From: Paraspadella gotoi
Taxonomy: Eukaryota; Animalia; Chaetognatha
Direction: 5' to 3'
Assembly: GCA_051294375.1 (NCBI GenBank)
Contig: CM119270.1
Span: 16,635,424 to 16,699,423 of the forward strand
Length of the DNA stretch: 64,000 nucleotides
This document shows positions 34,953-50,141 of this stretch, in pieces. Position 1 is the first letter of the stretch, and each line of letters starts with the position of its first letter. Under the pieces are notes generated by a model, which saw nothing but the letters and a program-made list of their open reading frames with translations, ran no database searches and was not told where the DNA came from. A program made the translations under genes and the position numbers.

Positions 34953-35096
34953 GCGCTGTCATCATCATCTTATGTTAGAGATCGTTTTTGGTCTCATTAA
35001 AAGGGAAACTCCTCCTCCTCTTCCTCCTCTTCCTCCTCCTCCTCCTTATCCTTAACCAGCTATCAATTTTGGTACAAGTTTTTTCCGATAAAAGAT

Positions 35097-35127
<31 letters not shown>

Positions 35128-36138
35128 TTGATGGAGTCCAGGCCACCGGGATCTCATTTGGAATGAAAAAAAAATTAAGTGGAGGAGTGGAAATGTCATC
35201 GGCGATTCCACCGGGTGAAGAGCATTGTCGTCGTCGTCGTCGTCGTCGTCGTCAGACTATCAGTATTCATCCGTTGTTAATTCACTGATAATTCATATTT
35301 CATTCATCATTCGTAATTTGACATTTTTCGTCTTTTTTTACTCATTTTTCATTGTTCCTTTTATTGTTTCTCCATGGATCGACGGATCGAGGGATCGAGG
35401 GATCGTGGCAAATTTTTCTCTCATTTATCTTCTACTTTTCACAGTAGATGTTAACTTTTCTGTTCTTCTGTGTTTCTTCTGTGTTTCGGTGCAAAAGGGA
35501 GGGTAAGGGAACCCAGGAACCCTGGGGAGGGGAAAAGAGGGTAAGGACTGGGAAAAGGCAGAGCTGAGTTTTCTTTCTTTTTTTGGTTGAGTTCAATGAA
35601 AAAGAAATTCAATGAAATTGGTACAACCAATATAAAAATTATCCATTCATTCATGTAACTCAAATACATTTGTTCCATTTCATTCGATAGGAAACTTATT
35701 TATTTTCTTTTTTTTCATTGAATCGAATTGAATTGAATTTGGTTTAATTTCTTTAATATTTAATTGCCTATTAATGTTTTTCTTTCATGATTATATATCA
35801 TTACATAAATAAATTTAAAAAACCTCATTTATTACCCTGCCCAAAGACAAAATCGCATATCCGTAGTTCTCACCGAACGTCAACAAAATTCCAAAGCCAG
35901 CCCACAAATTTCGGTGATAATCTAATTGAATCGCCCGATCCCGTCCCTAATTACAGGGTGACGATCCCGGTGACTGTAATTTCACTCTTCGCCGGTCATC
36001 GCTCAGGATTACGCAACGTCACTGGATCAGTACGAGGCCATTCTTCAAATGCTACCGCTTTATTTTGCCATCTCACTAGACTGCATGCCGTTCGGGGCAT
36101 CCAACAGAATACCGTCGTCTGTATTATGTCATCGTCGA

Positions 36139-36215
36139 CGTCGTTGTCGTCTTTGTCGTTGTCGTCTTTGTCGTTGTCGTCTTTGTCGTTTTCGTCTTTG
36201 TCGTTGTCGTCTTTA
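36139..36215. repeat. 15-bp tandem repeat (GTCGTTGTCGTCTTT) x~5
   Basis: Visible directly; translates as (DKDDN)n on the minus strand. Confidence 0.85.
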
Positions 36216-36339
36216 TCGGCAAGGTCAATCGGTAATTTGATATACTTGGACAAAGCAGGGAGCTGTGAAAATATTGAATCGCAATTGAGTACGGTAAAGT
36301 TGCGTACCTTATGTTTAGGAAATGCACTACCATCATTTT

Positions 36340-36610
36340 AGGAAATTTGTACAATCGATTTAAAAACTATCAATTCGTTCAATATCAAGCTGTCTTGCCC
36401 ATGACTTGGGACAGGCTGTGGTGGATTGAGACCTCCATCCCTCTTACAAGATAATAATAATTATAATAATAATAATAATTAGCTTGCAATCAAGACTCTC
36501 TCACAGTCTAGTTTAATCACTCCCAGAGTACCAGGCTATCCTATCAATGAAGTGATATAATATTCCAAAGAATATTTAAATTGTATCAAAGGACTACTCC
36601 CTTATATTAC
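36340..36610. mobile_element. Dispersed ~270-bp repeat family, near-full copy
   Basis: Shares gaaattggtacaa...aagctatcttgccc...caatcaagactctctcacagtc...cactcccagagtacc...actccctta with other copies. Confidence 0.8.
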
Positions 36611-38736
36611 TACTTCTTCGAAAAGTAATCGACACAGCAAAGACAACATCGGCGCCGCAAAACTGAGAACCGAGACGCCGACGCGGAAGAAAGAGAAACG
36701 CCGCGACGTCTTCGAGCGGCGAGAGTGATAGATGACGGGAAAATCGGCACCGGGGCCAAACCGAGAGTGTCGGCATTCCTTGGCATTCCTTGGCATCGCG
36801 GCATCTCTCTATCTCTGTCTCTCTTCTCTCGGCACCGCGGCATCTCGAAGGCAAGCCGGACGATTGATGGGCCCGAACTCTGGCTCGCCGAAAAGGGGGC
36901 GGCGAACTCTTCCTGACGACAGGTTGGAGAGGAGAGGTGGGAGGAGGAGGAGGAGGAGGAGGAGCGGCGTTTTCGTGTGCTGTTTCATGCATCTTTGGTG
37001 GATCCTCAAACGAGTCGGCCTTGTCGTTGTCGTCGTTGTTGTCGTCGTCGTCGTTGTTTTTTTTTTTTTAATGGAAGGGACGCATGAGCAAAATATCACT
37101 AGTCAGTTTATCATTAATGTTAATTTTCATAACATTGTCTTTTATTATCTAAATATATCATCGCAGGAAATGGACCAGTAGATGGATCTGATAGACCAAA
37201 TGGTTTGACTCTCATGGCTTTTCCGTCTTTTCTTCTGATTAAACTGGGAATCGAACGCGAAACTTTTGAAACGACAGTCCGACGATCCACAGACTGGACT
37301 ACCGGGCAAACTCATCGACGTCCTCGTCCTCCTTTCCCTTCCTCAACGACACCGGGCGAGCGGCTTCAAAGACTCCTGTCGACGGGAGTGATGCTTCCCA
37401 TGCCCCGCGAAGGAGGACGAGAGGCGGAGACGTGGCATTTGTCGTCGTCGTCGTCGTCGTCGCTGTCGACGTTCTCATTAATCTTTCTGTCGAGGACCCA
37501 AGTGTCCGCAAATGAACAAGTGGACTGGAATTTTTTTTTCCTTTTTTTTTCTTTTGAGAAGTTTATTCTTCGGTTTATCGAATCATCGTTTTTTATATAA
37601 TAAAGAAATTTTTTGATGGATGATTTGAAAAGATTTATTGATTCTCTTCTTCAACCTTCTCTGGTTTCTCTCATCTCTTCTCATCATTTTCACACTTTCT
37701 CTTCGTCTCGTTTTCGGAGAGAGACAACTTTCTATACCTTTTCCTCCGTCGGGCGCATTAATATATAATTCAAGATAACTCAAAGATTATGTCCCCAACT
37801 TATTTTTGTGTAAAACTCCCATATTTTCAGTTTTCGTGACTCGCTTACTACCTGATTTTCTCAATTGTTTATTCCATTGTCCCTTTTTTCACCATTTCTT
37901 GTATCTATTACTTTATTTATTTATTTAGTATTTATTTATTATTTATTACTTTATTTATTCATCTTCTTTTCCATTTTCCATTTCCCATCCGACTTGAGCC
38001 ATTTTTTCCCCTTGCCATCCCCCTTTTTCCCTTTTGATTCCCTCGTAATTCATTTTCGACATCGATCGCTCTTTCATTCACTCGATCCTTTCCGCCGATT
38101 TCCAGTCGAGCGTGAAGATGAAGCCGTCGTCCTCATTGTCGTCGTCGACATTGTCGTCGTCGACATTGTCGTCGTCGTCGATGTCATGATCCCGATGTCG
38201 TTAGTCTAAATTCGCGTTCAAATTTGATGAGATTCGGAATAGATAAGATCGTTGTCCTTCTCGTAGTTGTTATAATCAGTTATTTCTCTCGTTGCAAAAA
38301 GAAATTTTTTTAACCACAGTGCATAACATTTCCACATTTATTTTATCAACTGTAATAACTGGACATTCGAAGATGGACGTCGTAAATACGTCAGAATGCA
38401 ATTAAAATTTTCCGCTTTTCAAGAAATTGAAAAGAGGCAATGTTTTGTTTAAATTATAGCAACTGTAGCAACTCCCGCCTAAATTTTATAAAATGTATCA
38501 AGGTTATAACATCAGGTTGAATTTAAAAACTTTTTTGCGTCAAAAAGATAAAAACTAAGGCATTCTCAATAATCATTCAATAAGAAAATTATTTTAGGGA
38601 AAACTTTGATAGTATTGCAAAAAGACACAAAAACCTAATAATTATTTTTCCAAATTATCTAACCTAATAACTCTGCAATATGCAAATTAGATTTATGCAT
38701 AAATAAATCTATTTAAAAGTGGGAGAGGAGACAGAA

Positions 38737-38823
<87 letters not shown>

Positions 38824-39459
38824 CCGTCTCTATGCCATTCGTCAAGATTTGCGTCAAAAGGCGACGAAGGCGAAGTCAAGACGAACATTGATTTTGGCGC
38901 GAAAGAGATTAAGAAGTCGAATTAGACGATTGAGAAGAAATGAAAGTTTAATAACAAAAGATGAAAGGAAATTAAAAATGAAATAGAATAAAGGATGAAA
39001 AGGAAACGGAATAATAATCAGGATTAAAAAGGGATTAAAAACGTTGAAGGCCTCCAGTTTATAGTTGTCATTTCTTCATGACTTCGTAATAACGTTTTTT
39101 TTTTTATTCGTCCTGAAGATGGCAGAAGAGATAACTTAGTGGACTCTCAGAGATGTACGTACATTTACATGTTAACAAAAAGTTGTAAAAGTCAAATATG
39201 TAAAAATAATGAATGCAATAAATTAAAATTAACAATTAGCAATAACCGATACACGAATTAATCAAACCGTTATTTCCTCAGCTTTTCAAAGCTATCTAAT
39301 ACAATATTATTTAAATTAAAACCGATAAAAACATATATGAGTGCTCAAAATAAAAAAAAGGGAATTAAGAACATCAAGGATAAAGCGATCCTAAAGCGAT
39401 CCTAAAGCGAGTCTAAGCGATACGAAGCGATAAACTCGTACGACAGACGCGCGCGCGTA

Positions 39460-40690
<1,231 letters not shown>

Positions 40691-41539
40691 ACGTTCATCG
40701 ACCATCTTCAAGATCTTCCGACAAATTTCGTGTCATTGGTAAATTTTAAATTCATTTCTTTGATATGGCAGCGAACGCGTTCTGTGACGATTTGGGTTTG
40801 CGATGACGAAGATCAAAGCGGCTTGGACCGATCTGATAATATACTTGTGCCAAAAGGATGTCGCTTTTTGTCATTTCCGATGGCCGATTGTCTCTGTCGT
40901 CTTTTGTGGTTTTTTTCGTCTCCGAAAATTCTGTCATCGGTCATTTTGTTATTTCTCTCTCTTTCTCTGTCTCTCTCCACATCTGTCTCTCCCTCTCTTT
41001 ACTCTTTACCCCTCGGCTATCTGCCCAAAAATGAGAGGTCAGTGCCGACAAAAGAAATCATTCGTCTTCTCACTTCGTCTTTCGTTTTTCACACTTCGTT
41101 TTGTCGTTCGTCTTTTTGTTTTCAATGATAAAAGTGATACAAGCCTAAAATACAAATGATCACGAATTAAAAAGAAATCCAACTAGAAAATTGACTTACC
41201 ATTTTGGTTTTGCTACATTCACAACCAAAAAAATGCTCTATTATTTTATCCAAACATTTTTAATTAACTAATCAACCAAGGAACAATATTTATTTTCCCT
41301 CCCTAAGCTAATCGGGGGATTCAAAAACGTCTTGGTTCCGTCAGGAGACTCATTGCCGTCGGCGCCCGTGCTTTTTTTGGGGGCCAGATTAGCCGTCGTC
41401 GTCGTCGTCGTCGTTGTCGTCGTCGTGTATGACCGTATCGACCCCACCGCCGCTACCAGTAGCGACGGAGGCAGCGAAGCGACAAAAAACTCATGTTCGT
41501 CATCGGGAAACGGATTTTTTGAGAATCGGTCGAAAGAGC

Positions 41540-41830
41540 GGATGAGAAGCGAACGGTTGATGACGGGAAGCGGAACTGAGATTGACGGCAAGCATTGAAA
41601 GTAAGCAGTGGTTGACAAGGAGCGAGCAGTGGCTGACAAGCAGCAAACAGTTGCTGTCAACTAGTTAACAGTCTTAACAGTGGCTGAGAAGAAGCGAAGC
41701 TGTCAACAAGGTAACATTCTCTGCCAGGAAATTGCAAGAAGCTAATATCAGCTGTTAAGAAGCGAACATTAGCTGACGAGAAGCGAACAGTGAGTCATGA
41801 GAAGCGAACAGTGGCGGATTAGAAGCCGAA
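41540..41830. repeat. Degenerate 21-bp minisatellite (~GAAGCGAACAGTGGCTGACAA)
   Basis: Recurring aagcgaacagtg / cagtggctgacaag units. Confidence 0.65.
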
Positions 41831-42143
41831 AGGGTGAATGTTAAGTTGTAACCTGATCGTAGCTGAGGGCTATAAGCTGAGGGGGATGATGAGGATGAAG
41901 ACGACGACGACGACGACGACAACGACGACGACGACGATAACCGAATTTCGCCGTATAATCGGTGCTCAGATCGAAATCGCCACCGACGACGACGACGACG
42001 ACGAACGCCGACGACGATGATTCGAATATCGTTTTGTCTCAAAACATTTTTATTCTGTTTTCCATCCCACACAACGTTGGACCCCGCCTCCTCCTCTTCC
42101 TCTTCCTCTTCGTTTCCCCCTCCCCCACCGTCTAATTGGTGTT

Positions 42144-42226
<83 letters not shown>

Positions 42227-42325
42227 TTCGTATCTGGCTATCAATTAGTCGGACCGAGGACGACTGCGATTTGAAAAAAAACGATAATCTCTTCGTCGGC
42301 GACGATCGCTTTAACGATCGCTTTA

Positions 42326-44268
42326 GGCAGTGATTTCTATTGGGTATTTTCAACAATGGGAATTTGGAACTTTACTAACTATTATTTCTTTTTTCCACTG
42401 ATAAAATATGAAACACCCTTTATTTAAAAAGACGGTTGGTTATAGTTATCTTTCTCTTTATAAACATAGAAGTCACTGGGTGAATTTCTATGCTTTAAAA
42501 TACGGTAAGACATGATTTCTTTTACGACGATCATTCCAAAATACGGTATCATCCTTAATTAAGAAGAAACAAAACTATTTTTCATGGTAAGACCAACTTT
42601 TAGAGATTAAATTGCCTCGTAGATCTGTCACGTATTTTAGATATAGTACTGCTTAGGCAAAAAAACGGCAATAACTATAGTATAAAACTTTTTTTCCTTT
42701 TTATTCTACTCCTTTTCTTATTTACTTTTTCTCTTTAGATTTGAGGTTTTTTCTGTGTTAACAAATGAGCAACTAACTACGTACAGGGAAATATGTGCAT
42801 TTTTTAACGTAAGTGGACAGACCGACAGAAAGTTATAACATTATATAAATTATATATTATATTAATATATTATACTATATACTAACTTAGAGGTAAAATT
42901 TTACTTTTGCTGACTCAAAAATACTTATTTTAAAAGAAAGGTGCTCCGCGAGTACTCGCGGCGCAACTAAAGATGGACGTATTGCGGCGGCCATTTTTGT
43001 CAAATGATTTTGCCTTGGATGGATCCGGAGACCTCTTTTTATATTTCAAAACCCAAACGATAGCTCGCAGTTAAGATGATGTCTCACCGACGTGATAAGA
43101 CAAAATCCGAACATATCAAAAATAACAAACTAAAAGATATGTTTTCCCTTCGCTTTCGATCATAAATATTTAAAATGTTTTATTTTGACAGCCAATAAGA
43201 ATATCTGGGTATAGCAAGTATGTTATAGTAATAGTTAATAGCATCCCTAGAAGTCACCTTTATTTAACCTAGTAAAAATGATCATATGTACTTGTTAGTA
43301 TCAGTTTGATAGATTATGTGGTCGAATATGCCCTTTTATCACAATAGATCGGATCAGGCTGTAACAATGTCCTGCCTCCGCTTCTAAGACCGTCCTAAAT
43401 AAGTTATTTTTGGCCTTTAGATCTCGACGAATCATTTTTTCTCATAATACGAGAAATCTTCGGTAGCGGTATGATTTTATTGAATTTGGTTTGCCAAGCA
43501 GATTTAAAAAATCGACAGATTTTTGCGGAAATTTTTTCCGCAAAAAGCTGTCGATTGAGAGAAATTTATTTTTGCTGACGCTTTCCCTTCAATAAAAGAA
43601 GGCGGTTTTTTTTAAATTTCGTCAACTCTAGTATGTTTTCTCATCTATTAAAACTATAAAATAAGGAAAAAACCGAGTTTTAGTTCAAATAAAAACGCTC
43701 CTCAACAAATCCTCACAAATTGAAAAGTTGACTTAAAATTTTTTTTTTGCAGCTAAGTATTAAATATTTCGCCCTAATTTTTTAGGTACCAGAAGCACCA
43801 ACAATAGGGAATATTTGATTAGAATTGTGGACATTTGGAAAGTATTTTTCGTTTAACAAATGTGTAATAAAAATGTAAAAATGTAAGTTTTTGACTAGTC
43901 AATTTAAAAATTAATTCATTGGGCAAACAAATATATGACTAATGGTAAAATGAACCAACTCGAGTTAAAGAAGATAAGAAGGACCCGAAAATCCGGAGTA
44001 AAAAAATTTTTCTTCAATGATCTTGGCGTTCAAATCTCAAGCCAAAGTCAAAATGGACAAAAAATGGACATATTTTTTTTTATTAAAAGTAGCAAAAAAT
44101 GATATTGATTCTTGATTAGAAAATGCAGCAGATGATTTTCAATTAATCCGTAGTCTAGCCAACTTTGTATTAGAGTTAAAATTTAATCATTTTGGTTGGT
44201 AAAATTCTAACAATATTGAAACAAAAAAGTGGTTTTTTTTGCTAAATTCCTCGATAGAAATCACTGCC
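42326..44268. mobile_element. ~1.94 kb non-autonomous TIR DNA transposon, Kolobok-like
   Basis: 15-bp perfect TIR GGCAGTGATTTCTAT (42326-42340) / ATAGAAATCACTGCC (44254-44268); 4-bp TTTA duplication on both flanks; AT-rich interior with no long ORF. GG...CC termini with a TTAA-like TSD fit Kolobok better than piggyBac. Confidence 0.8.
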
Positions 44269-44435
44269 TTTACGATCGCTTTTAATCGCGACGGAAAAAA
44301 ACAAACAAGAAAAAAAAACGAAAAAAAAACAACAAAAGAATTAAAATCTAAAACAAAAAGAAAAAAAACAACAAATCGTCAAATGGAATTTTGAAGGGAA
44401 AAAGATCGGAACGGATATGAGATCGGAAATGAGGA

Positions 44436-44588
44436 GAGATGATGGGAGGATTAGAGATGGGGAGAGGACGGATTATCGGAGGATTAGAGATGATGGGAGG
44501 ATTAGAGATGGGAAGAGGACGGATTATCGGAGGATTAGAGATGATGGGAGGATTAGAGATGGGAAGAGGACGGATTATCGGAGGATTA
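44436..44588. repeat. 51-bp tandem repeat x3
   Basis: gagatgatgggaggattagagatgggragaggacggattatcggaggatta repeated three times, nearly identical. Confidence 0.9.
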
Positions 44589-45525
44589 GAGAGAAGATGG
44601 CATAAGGAGAAGAGAAAATTGTTGGGGACCTTAGAAAACAGAGGAAAATTATAAACATGTTTTTTTAAAGTGATTAGTATTAAAAAAATAGTTAATAGCA
44701 TTTGAAAGCACCAAATAATATAAAATTGCATTAAGCCGACGTAATTTATATTAATTTCGAGAGACTTTTGATTTCAAAGTCCTCGATGTTTCCCAGATTA
44801 TCCCAGTCGGTTTTTTAAGGAATAAAAAAAGCCAAGTACTTCAATATACAAATACAATTTTGGGTTGGGTTTGCCTCTTACAATTTGCTTTGCTATTTCA
44901 AACAAAATAATAACAGTCGATTCGGCCACTCCGGTNNNNNNNNNNNNNNNNNNNNNNNNNNNNNNNNNNNNNNNNNNNNNNNNNNNNNNNNNNNNNNNNN
45001 NNNNNNNNNNNNNNNNNNNNNNNNNNNNNNNNNNNNNNNNNNNNNNNNNNNNNNNNNNNNNNNNNNNNNNNNNNNNNNNNNNNNNNNNNNNNNNNNNNNN
45101 NNNNNNNNNNNNNNNNNNNNNNNNNNNNTGTTTGCCCCCAACGCGTCAGGTGAAGTAAAACGATTCTCCCAAATTCCGTTTCCTCCTCTTTTTCCTGCCC
45201 TCCGTTGTTCTTTATTGTTCTTTGTTGTTCTTCGTTGTTCGTTGTTGTTTTTCCGAGTCTTCATTTTCCTTCCCTTGTTTTTGTTCCCTCTTTTGAACTT
45301 CCCTGTTCTCAGTCGAAGATGACATCCTACCTTTCGTTGATCAAATATCCAGAATGGAAATGAGAATAAAAGAGCGGAAGGAAGCGGGATTTAAAGCAGG
45401 GAAGGAAGCAAAAAAAAAGCAAAATATAAATAAAAGTTCGAGGAAGAGATAAGTACAGAAGGAAGCAAAAAAAGCAAAATATAAAAAGAAAATAGAGGAA
45501 GGAACAAGTACTATAGAACAAAACT

Positions 45526-45767
45526 ATGAAATGGGTACAACCAATATAAAAATTATCCATTCATTTAATAAATAAGCTATCTTGCCCCTGACTTTGGACA
45601 GGCTTTGGTGGTATAGGGCCTCCATCACTCTTACAAGATAATTACATAGCAGGTCCCTGCAAGCTTTCAATCAAGACTCTCTCACAGTCCCGTTTATTCA
45701 CTCCCAGAGTACCTGGCTTCCCTATCAATGAAGTGGAAAATATTTCAAAGAATGTTTCAATTGTATT
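45526..45767. mobile_element. Dispersed ~270-bp repeat family copy
   Basis: atgaaatgggtacaaccaatataaaaattatccattc...caagactctctcacagtc...cccagagtacctggc. Confidence 0.8.
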
Positions 45768-46603
45768 GTATTCTACAGAATACAATATGTCTGTTTCTAA
45801 ATCGAAACCAGTGACGTCTAAAAATCAGAACAAAAATTATAAAATACAAAACGGAAAAGAAATCATAATAGTATAAAGTTTTGTTGAAAAGAAAAATCAA
45901 TTTTATACATGATTAAAATGTGACTTAAAATAGAAGCGGCGACTTCATAACGCCGGCCGCGGAAGAAGGAAAGCGACATCTGCGGAATCGCGGATTTTGT
46001 TTTCAAACATTCGAAGATTCGATTTCGTAATACAAACAAAAGGTCGAGATACGAAGGGGGACAGCCGGGCGGACGATGGGCAGAGCTATGTTTACGCAGC
46101 CACCGAAAATTGGCATCGGGAATCGGTATTGTTTGAAAAAAGCGGATGTGTGTAGATGTATGTATACTTTTTTTTCAATAGTTGAACCAAGAACTCACTG
46201 AATTAAACTTTTAACTTTTTTTTTTCTGAGGTCACCTTAAACTTAACGAGTCAAAGTCTTGTACAAACAAAGCTTTTTCCTGCTGAACGCACAGAAACAT
46301 CAAAATCAACATTTAGTCATTCGGATTGATTTTTTCTCCTCTTTTGTCGTCAAACACGAAAAACCGCNNNNNNNNNNNNNNNNNNNNNNNNNNNNNNNNN
46401 NNNNNNNNNNNNNNNNNNNNNNNNNNNNNNNNNNNNNNNNNNNNNNNNNNNNNNNNNNNNNNNNNNNNNNNNNNNNNNNNNNNNNNNNNNNNNNNNNNNN
46501 NNNNNNNNNNNNNNNNNNNNNNNNNNNNNNNNNNNNNNNNNNNNNNNNNNNNNNNNNNNNNNNNNNNNNNNNNNNNNNNNNNNNNNNNNNNNNNNNNNNN
46601 NNN

Positions 46604-46822
46604 GACACAGTTTGCGCACGTGTCGCGGCTTTGTCGCTCTCCAAGGTGCGACCGTCAAATAACCACACGCGCGAGTGGGTTTCGTGATTTGGGATCAACG
46701 CGAGGTGAGAGGGGCAAACGATCGCACGTGCAACGAGCAAAGGATTAAGCGTCGCTCGCAACGATCGCTCGCGATTTGTTTGCGCATGCGCGTTTCGACT
46801 CGACCGCGGCCGCTTTAAAAAN
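46604..46822. promoter_or_regulatory. CpG-rich island between gaps with an NRF1-type palindrome and two E-boxes
   Basis: TGCGCATGCGCG at 46781-46792; CACGTG at 46617 and 46725. Confidence 0.35.
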
Positions 46823-47924
46823 NNNNNNNNNNNNNNNNNNNNNNNNNNNNNNNNNNNNNNNNNNNNNNNNNNNNNNNNNNNNNNNNNNNNNNNNNNNNNN
46901 NNNNNNNNNNNNNNNNNNNNNNNNNNNNNNNNNNNNNNNNNNNNNNNNNNNNNNNNNNNNNNNNNNNNNNNNNNNNNNNNNNNNNNNNNNNNNNNNNNNN
47001 NNNNNNNNNNNNNNNNNNNNNNNNNNNNNNNNNNNNNNNNNNNNNNNNNNNNNNNNNNNNNNNNNNNNNNNNNNNNNNNNNNNNNNNNNNNNNNNNNNNN
47101 NNNNNNNNNNNNNNNNNNNNNNNNNNNNNNNNNNNNNNNNNNNNNNNNNNNNNNNNNNNNNNNNNNNNNNNNNNNNNTTTTTTTTTTTTTGTTGGATGAC
47201 GTTAGAAGCTCAGGTGTCGTGCGTTTCATTTGAGACAAATTAAATTTAAAGTCACCACGAGAGTTAAAGAAAAATCAAATAATTAAGTTACAGGGGACGA
47301 TTTTTGTAAATTACTTAAAATAATAAACAAAATTATAAGTTAAAATTTTTTTGTTTTTTGCTGGTGTCTTTTGTTCGATTAACGAAACGATTTCGCTTTC
47401 CAATTTCCGAATAAAATCGATTAACGACAGCGCCGCTCTGCGGGAAAAAGTCGGACAAAAAAAATGACCCGGGTCATCGATGCGAAATTATAGAGGACAA
47501 TTAAAGCAAAATTGGTAAACGCCCAAGCGTTTAAAATTTAAGTATTAAACAGATGTACGATATTAATTAGATTAACGATCTACTGCGATGACGTACGTCG
47601 TATATGACGACGACGACGACGACGACGGCGACGACCCAGAAGAAAAATGAAAGACACAATTTATCGAGGACCTTACAATATCACAAAGTTGACAACGCCT
47701 CTTCGTCGCCTCTTCNNNNNNNNNNNNNNNNNNNNNNNNNNNNNNNNNNNNNNNNNNNNNNNNNNNNNNNNNNNNNNNNNNNNNNNNNNNNNNNNNNNNN
47801 NNNNNNNNNNNNNNNNNNNNNNNNNNNNNNNNNNNNNNNNNNNNNNNNNNNNNNNNNNNNNNNNNNNNNNNNNNNNNNNNNNNNNNNNNNNNNNNNNNNN
47901 NNNNNNNNNNNNNNNNNNNNNNNN

Positions 47925-50089
47925 AAAAAGAGAGAGAATCTCTCTCTTCACTCTCTCTTGGTTCTTCTTCCCTTTTTCCCCTCTCTCTCGCTTTTGACTT
48001 TATTAAACACTCTCGACGAGACCGCAAGCGAAAAAAAAAAACTGGGACGCAGCGAAATTGGCGCCTTTAGCGGGACGTCGCGGTGTGCGGCGGGCCGGTT
48101 TGGTGGGCGGGTTGCTGGGTGTGACACGACGCACTCGAGAACAGCAGAAATGACGACGAATATGTTATGATGATGACGACGACGATAATGATGAAATGAT
48201 AATAATGAAATTTTTTCGGAACAAAAATCCAAGATGACTAAAAAACGACGACGATGACAGCGACGGTGACGGCGACAGCGACGACGATGATAGCGAAGAT
48301 GACGACGACGAACCCGACGATGACGCGATAGACAATGTTGACTCGCGACTTGGATGCGACGAAATGAAATAATCCTCGAGACGAAACTCGTGACACGAAG
48401 AAGACGACGACGACGACGACGACGAAGGAAAGAATTTACTAGGAATCATCACGATATCGTCATAAGCAATAAATCGATTCTTTCTGCTATAGAGTTACAA
48501 AGTTAACAGCGATTAATTGAAATGTTTATAATATTTAAGATGCGATGAAAGAAAACTGATCATGACGAATTCGATGACGAACCTTTGTTGTTGTCGTTGT
48601 TGTCGTTGTCGTCGTTGTTTTCTTCGCCGTGGTTAAAGTTTCCTTCCTCCCATCTCATCCTTCCACTCATTTCCCTTTGTTAATCCTCTTTCTACTTTCC
48701 TATCTTCTTATTTTCCTACCTCCTCCTCTTTCTTCTTTTATTCCTCGACTCCTCCCTCCTCTTCCTTCCTCCTCCTCTTCCTTCCTCTCGTCTCCAGTTC
48801 GTTTTTAATCTCCTCCCTCTCTCCCTCTTCCTCCTCCTCCTCCTTTTCCTCCCACCTCATTTGCCTCCTCATTGTTTACAAAGCGATGAGAGCGTGACGT
48901 CCGACCGATTCGGTCGAATAACAACATATTTAGCCCTGGTAGGAGGTAGAGAGAGACTAAAAAGAGAGAGAATCTCTCTCTTCACTCTCTTTGGTTCTTC
49001 TTCCCTTTTTCCGCTCTTCCGTTTATTGACTTTATTAAAACTCTGACGAGACCGCAAGGAAAAAAAAAAAACTGGGACCAGCGAAATTGGCTTTAGCGGA
49101 CGTCTGGGTGTGCGCGCGGGCGGTTCTGGTGGGCGGGTTGTGGGTGATGAACACTGACGATCGAGAACGACCGCAGACAATGCACGACGATACGATGACG
49201 AACTATGTACTGATGACGAACACGACGATAAGATGATGCACTACATACACTGAAATTTTTTTCGGACAAATCCAAATGACTAACACAACGACCGACGCAT
49301 GACACCAGCACGGTGACGGCGACAGCCGACGACATGATAGCGAAGATGACGACGACGAAACCGAGATGACGCGATAGACAATGTTACTCGCGCACTTGAT
49401 GCGAACGAATGAAATTAATCCTTCGCAGACGAAACTCGTGACACGAAGAAACGACGACGAACGACGGACCGACGCACAGGGTAAAGATTACCTAGGAATC
49501 ATCACGATATTCGTCATAAGCAATAAATCGATTCTTTCTGCCTATAGAGATGAGTTACAAAGTTACAAGCGATTAATTTAAATTGTTTATAATATTCAAA
49601 GATCATGATAGAAAAATCGATCAACGAATCGATGACGAACCTTTGTTGTTGTTCGTTGTTGTCGTTGTCGTCGTTGTTTTTTCGCCCGTGGTTAAAGTTT
49701 CCTTCCTCCCATCTCATCCTTCCACTCATTTCCCTTTGTTAATCCTCTTTCTACTTTCCTATCTTCTTAATTTTTCCTACCTCCCCTCCTCTTTCTTCTT
49801 TTAATTCCTCGACTCCTCCTCGCTCTTCCCTTTCCTCCTTCCTCTTCCTTCCTCTCGTCTCCAGTTCGTTTTTAATCCCTCCCTCTCTCCTCTTCCTCCT
49901 CCTCCTCCTTTTCCTCCACCAGTCATTTGCACTCCTCATTGTTTACAAAAGCCGATGAGAGGCGTGATCGTCCCGACCGATTTCGGTTCGAAATAACAAC
50001 ATATTTTAGCCCTCTGCCGTAGAGAGGTCAGAGGAGAGACCTGAGAGAACAAGAGAGAGAGAGCGAAGAGGAACTGAGGAGACGAGAGC

Positions 50090-50141
<52 letters not shown>

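Noticed and set aside
33268-38687. Octamer ATGCAAAT sites (33268, 33947, 38680; reverse at 527)
   Set aside because: A few copies are expected by chance in 64 kb of AT-rich DNA.
39110-39125. CCTGAAGATGG resembling a Penelope hammerhead 5' box
   Set aside because: No downstream GAAA box or stems.
45655-45690. Hammerhead-like GAAAGCTT in the dispersed repeat (minus strand)
   Set aside because: The CTGANGA core is absent (CTGTGAGA instead).
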